This document shows, piece after piece, positions 62,950-64,000 of a stretch of 64,000 bases of DNA. Source of the stretch: Amoebophrya sp. A120 (taxonomy: Eukaryota > Protista > Dinoflagellata); contig CAJINV010000010.1 of the NCBI GenBank assembly GCA_905178155.1, positions 663,902 through 727,901 of the forward strand, in the 5' to 3' direction. The notes beneath the pieces are model-generated. The model worked only from the letters and a program-made list of their open reading frames with translations, was not told where the DNA came from and did not search any database. The position numbers were made by a program, and so were the translations under genes. How positions within the stretch are numbered: the stretch's first letter is position 1; every line of letters starts with the position of its first letter.

Positions 62950-64000
62950 GATATCAGCGCCCGTCGGTTCCGACCCCGATGGGCCATCCCCCTCCTCAGA
63001 GGGTTCATCCTGCTCGGCCATCTCCCGGGATTTTTGGCAAACTCCGTCGGGCCCTCTATGTCAGCGCCCGTCGATTTTATTTGTCTCCTCCTTTATATCA
63101 CCGCCCGTCGTTTCCGACCCAGATGGGCCATCCCCCTCCTCAAAGGGTTCATCCTGATCGGCCATCTTCCGCGATTTTTGACAAAGTCCGTCGGATCCTT
63201 CACGAGCTCCGTCCTGCTTCCGAGATTTTTCCCAGAGGGTTCATCCTGATCGGCCATCTTCCGGGATTTTGGACAAAGTCCGGCGGATCCTTCACGAGCA
63301 CCATCCTGCTTCCGAGATTTTTGACAAAGTCCGGCGGTCCCGCGTCCAGCTTTTTCCAACTTTAAAAGGGGGAATGGAGGCGGTCCGGCGGCCAATTTTC
63401 TCCAAGTCCAGAAGGGGGGATGGAGGTGGTCGGATTCTTTCCAACTTTAAAAGGGGGAATGGAGACGGTCCGGCGGCCAGGTTTGTCCAAATATAAAAGG
63501 GGGAATGGGGGCGGTCCCGCGTACAACTTTCCCCAAATTTAAAAGGGGGAATGGAGACGGTCCCGCGTCCAGCTTTTTCCAACTTTAAAAGGGGGAATGG
63601 AGACGGCCCGGCGGCCAATTTTCTCCAAGTCCAGAAGGGGGGACGGAGGTGGTCGGATTTTTTCCAACTTTAAAAGGGGGAATGGAGACGGTCCGGCGGC
63701 CAGGTTTGTCCAAATATAAAAGGGGGAATGGGGGCGGTCCCGCGTCCAGCTTTCTCCAAGTTTAAAAGGGGGAATGGAGGCGGTCCCGCGTCCAACTTTT
63801 TCCAACTTTAAAAGGGGGAATGGAGACGGTCCGGCTGCCAATTTTCTCCAACTCTAAAAGGGGGAATGGAGACGGTCCGACGGCCAATTTTCTCCAACCC
63901 TAAAAGGGGGACGGGCCATCTTCCGGGATTTTTGACAAAGTCCGTCGGATCCCACACGGGGCCCATCCTGTTTTCGGGATTTTTGGCACCCCCCTCCTCA
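62950..64000. repeat. Complex satellite; ~40-44-bp units with AAAGGGGGAATGGAGACGGTCC core from ~63350, longer GGGTTCATCCTG units before
   Basis: More than 12 head-to-tail copies with higher-order structure, running to near the window end. Confidence 0.9.

Noticed and set aside
63350-63910. CRISPR-like array or coding ORFs in the terminal repeats
   Set aside because: Inter-core segments recur in higher-order units, so this is a satellite and its ORFs are artefacts
1-64000. rRNA, tRNA, spliced-leader genes or an intact transposase
   Set aside because: None recognised by eye; a tRNAscan/Infernal/HMM run is needed to exclude them

Overview
Eukaryotic nuclear DNA, most consistent with an Amoebophrya-like parasitic dinoflagellate. 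This is inferred from one-strand gene clustering, a eukaryotic RPL3 with GT-AG introns, and dense inverted-repeat introns. All ~13 supportable genes lie on the minus strand: RPL3, a divergent seryl-tRNA synthetase, a large FkbM-methyltransferase-domain protein, a PI3K/PI4K/HipA-like kinase, four GH16 and one GH81 beta-1,3-glucanases, and hypothetical proteins. The dominant signal is 52 short (109-510 bp; ~13.8 kb, ~21% of the window) MITE-like elements inside coding exons. They fall into at least 8 families plus singletons but share one grammar: TAT...ATA ends, terminal inverted repeats, a 5-bp target-site duplication (TSD) and, in most, a reiterated internal TGTNATGC/GCATNACA motif. Removing each element plus one repeat copy restores long ORFs and catalytic motifs, although most junctions cannot be GT-AG and the same family occurs in both orientations. 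This points to an orientation-independent, non-canonical excision system. A 1.2-kb intergenic element (18504-19713) has the same ends, a 5-bp TSD and ~200-bp TIRs and looks like a larger relative. Two further insertions have long (44 and 26 bp) duplications; one fuses an AP-endonuclease-like fragment to a GH16 domain. The window ends in nested tandem repeats. All coordinates were read by hand.
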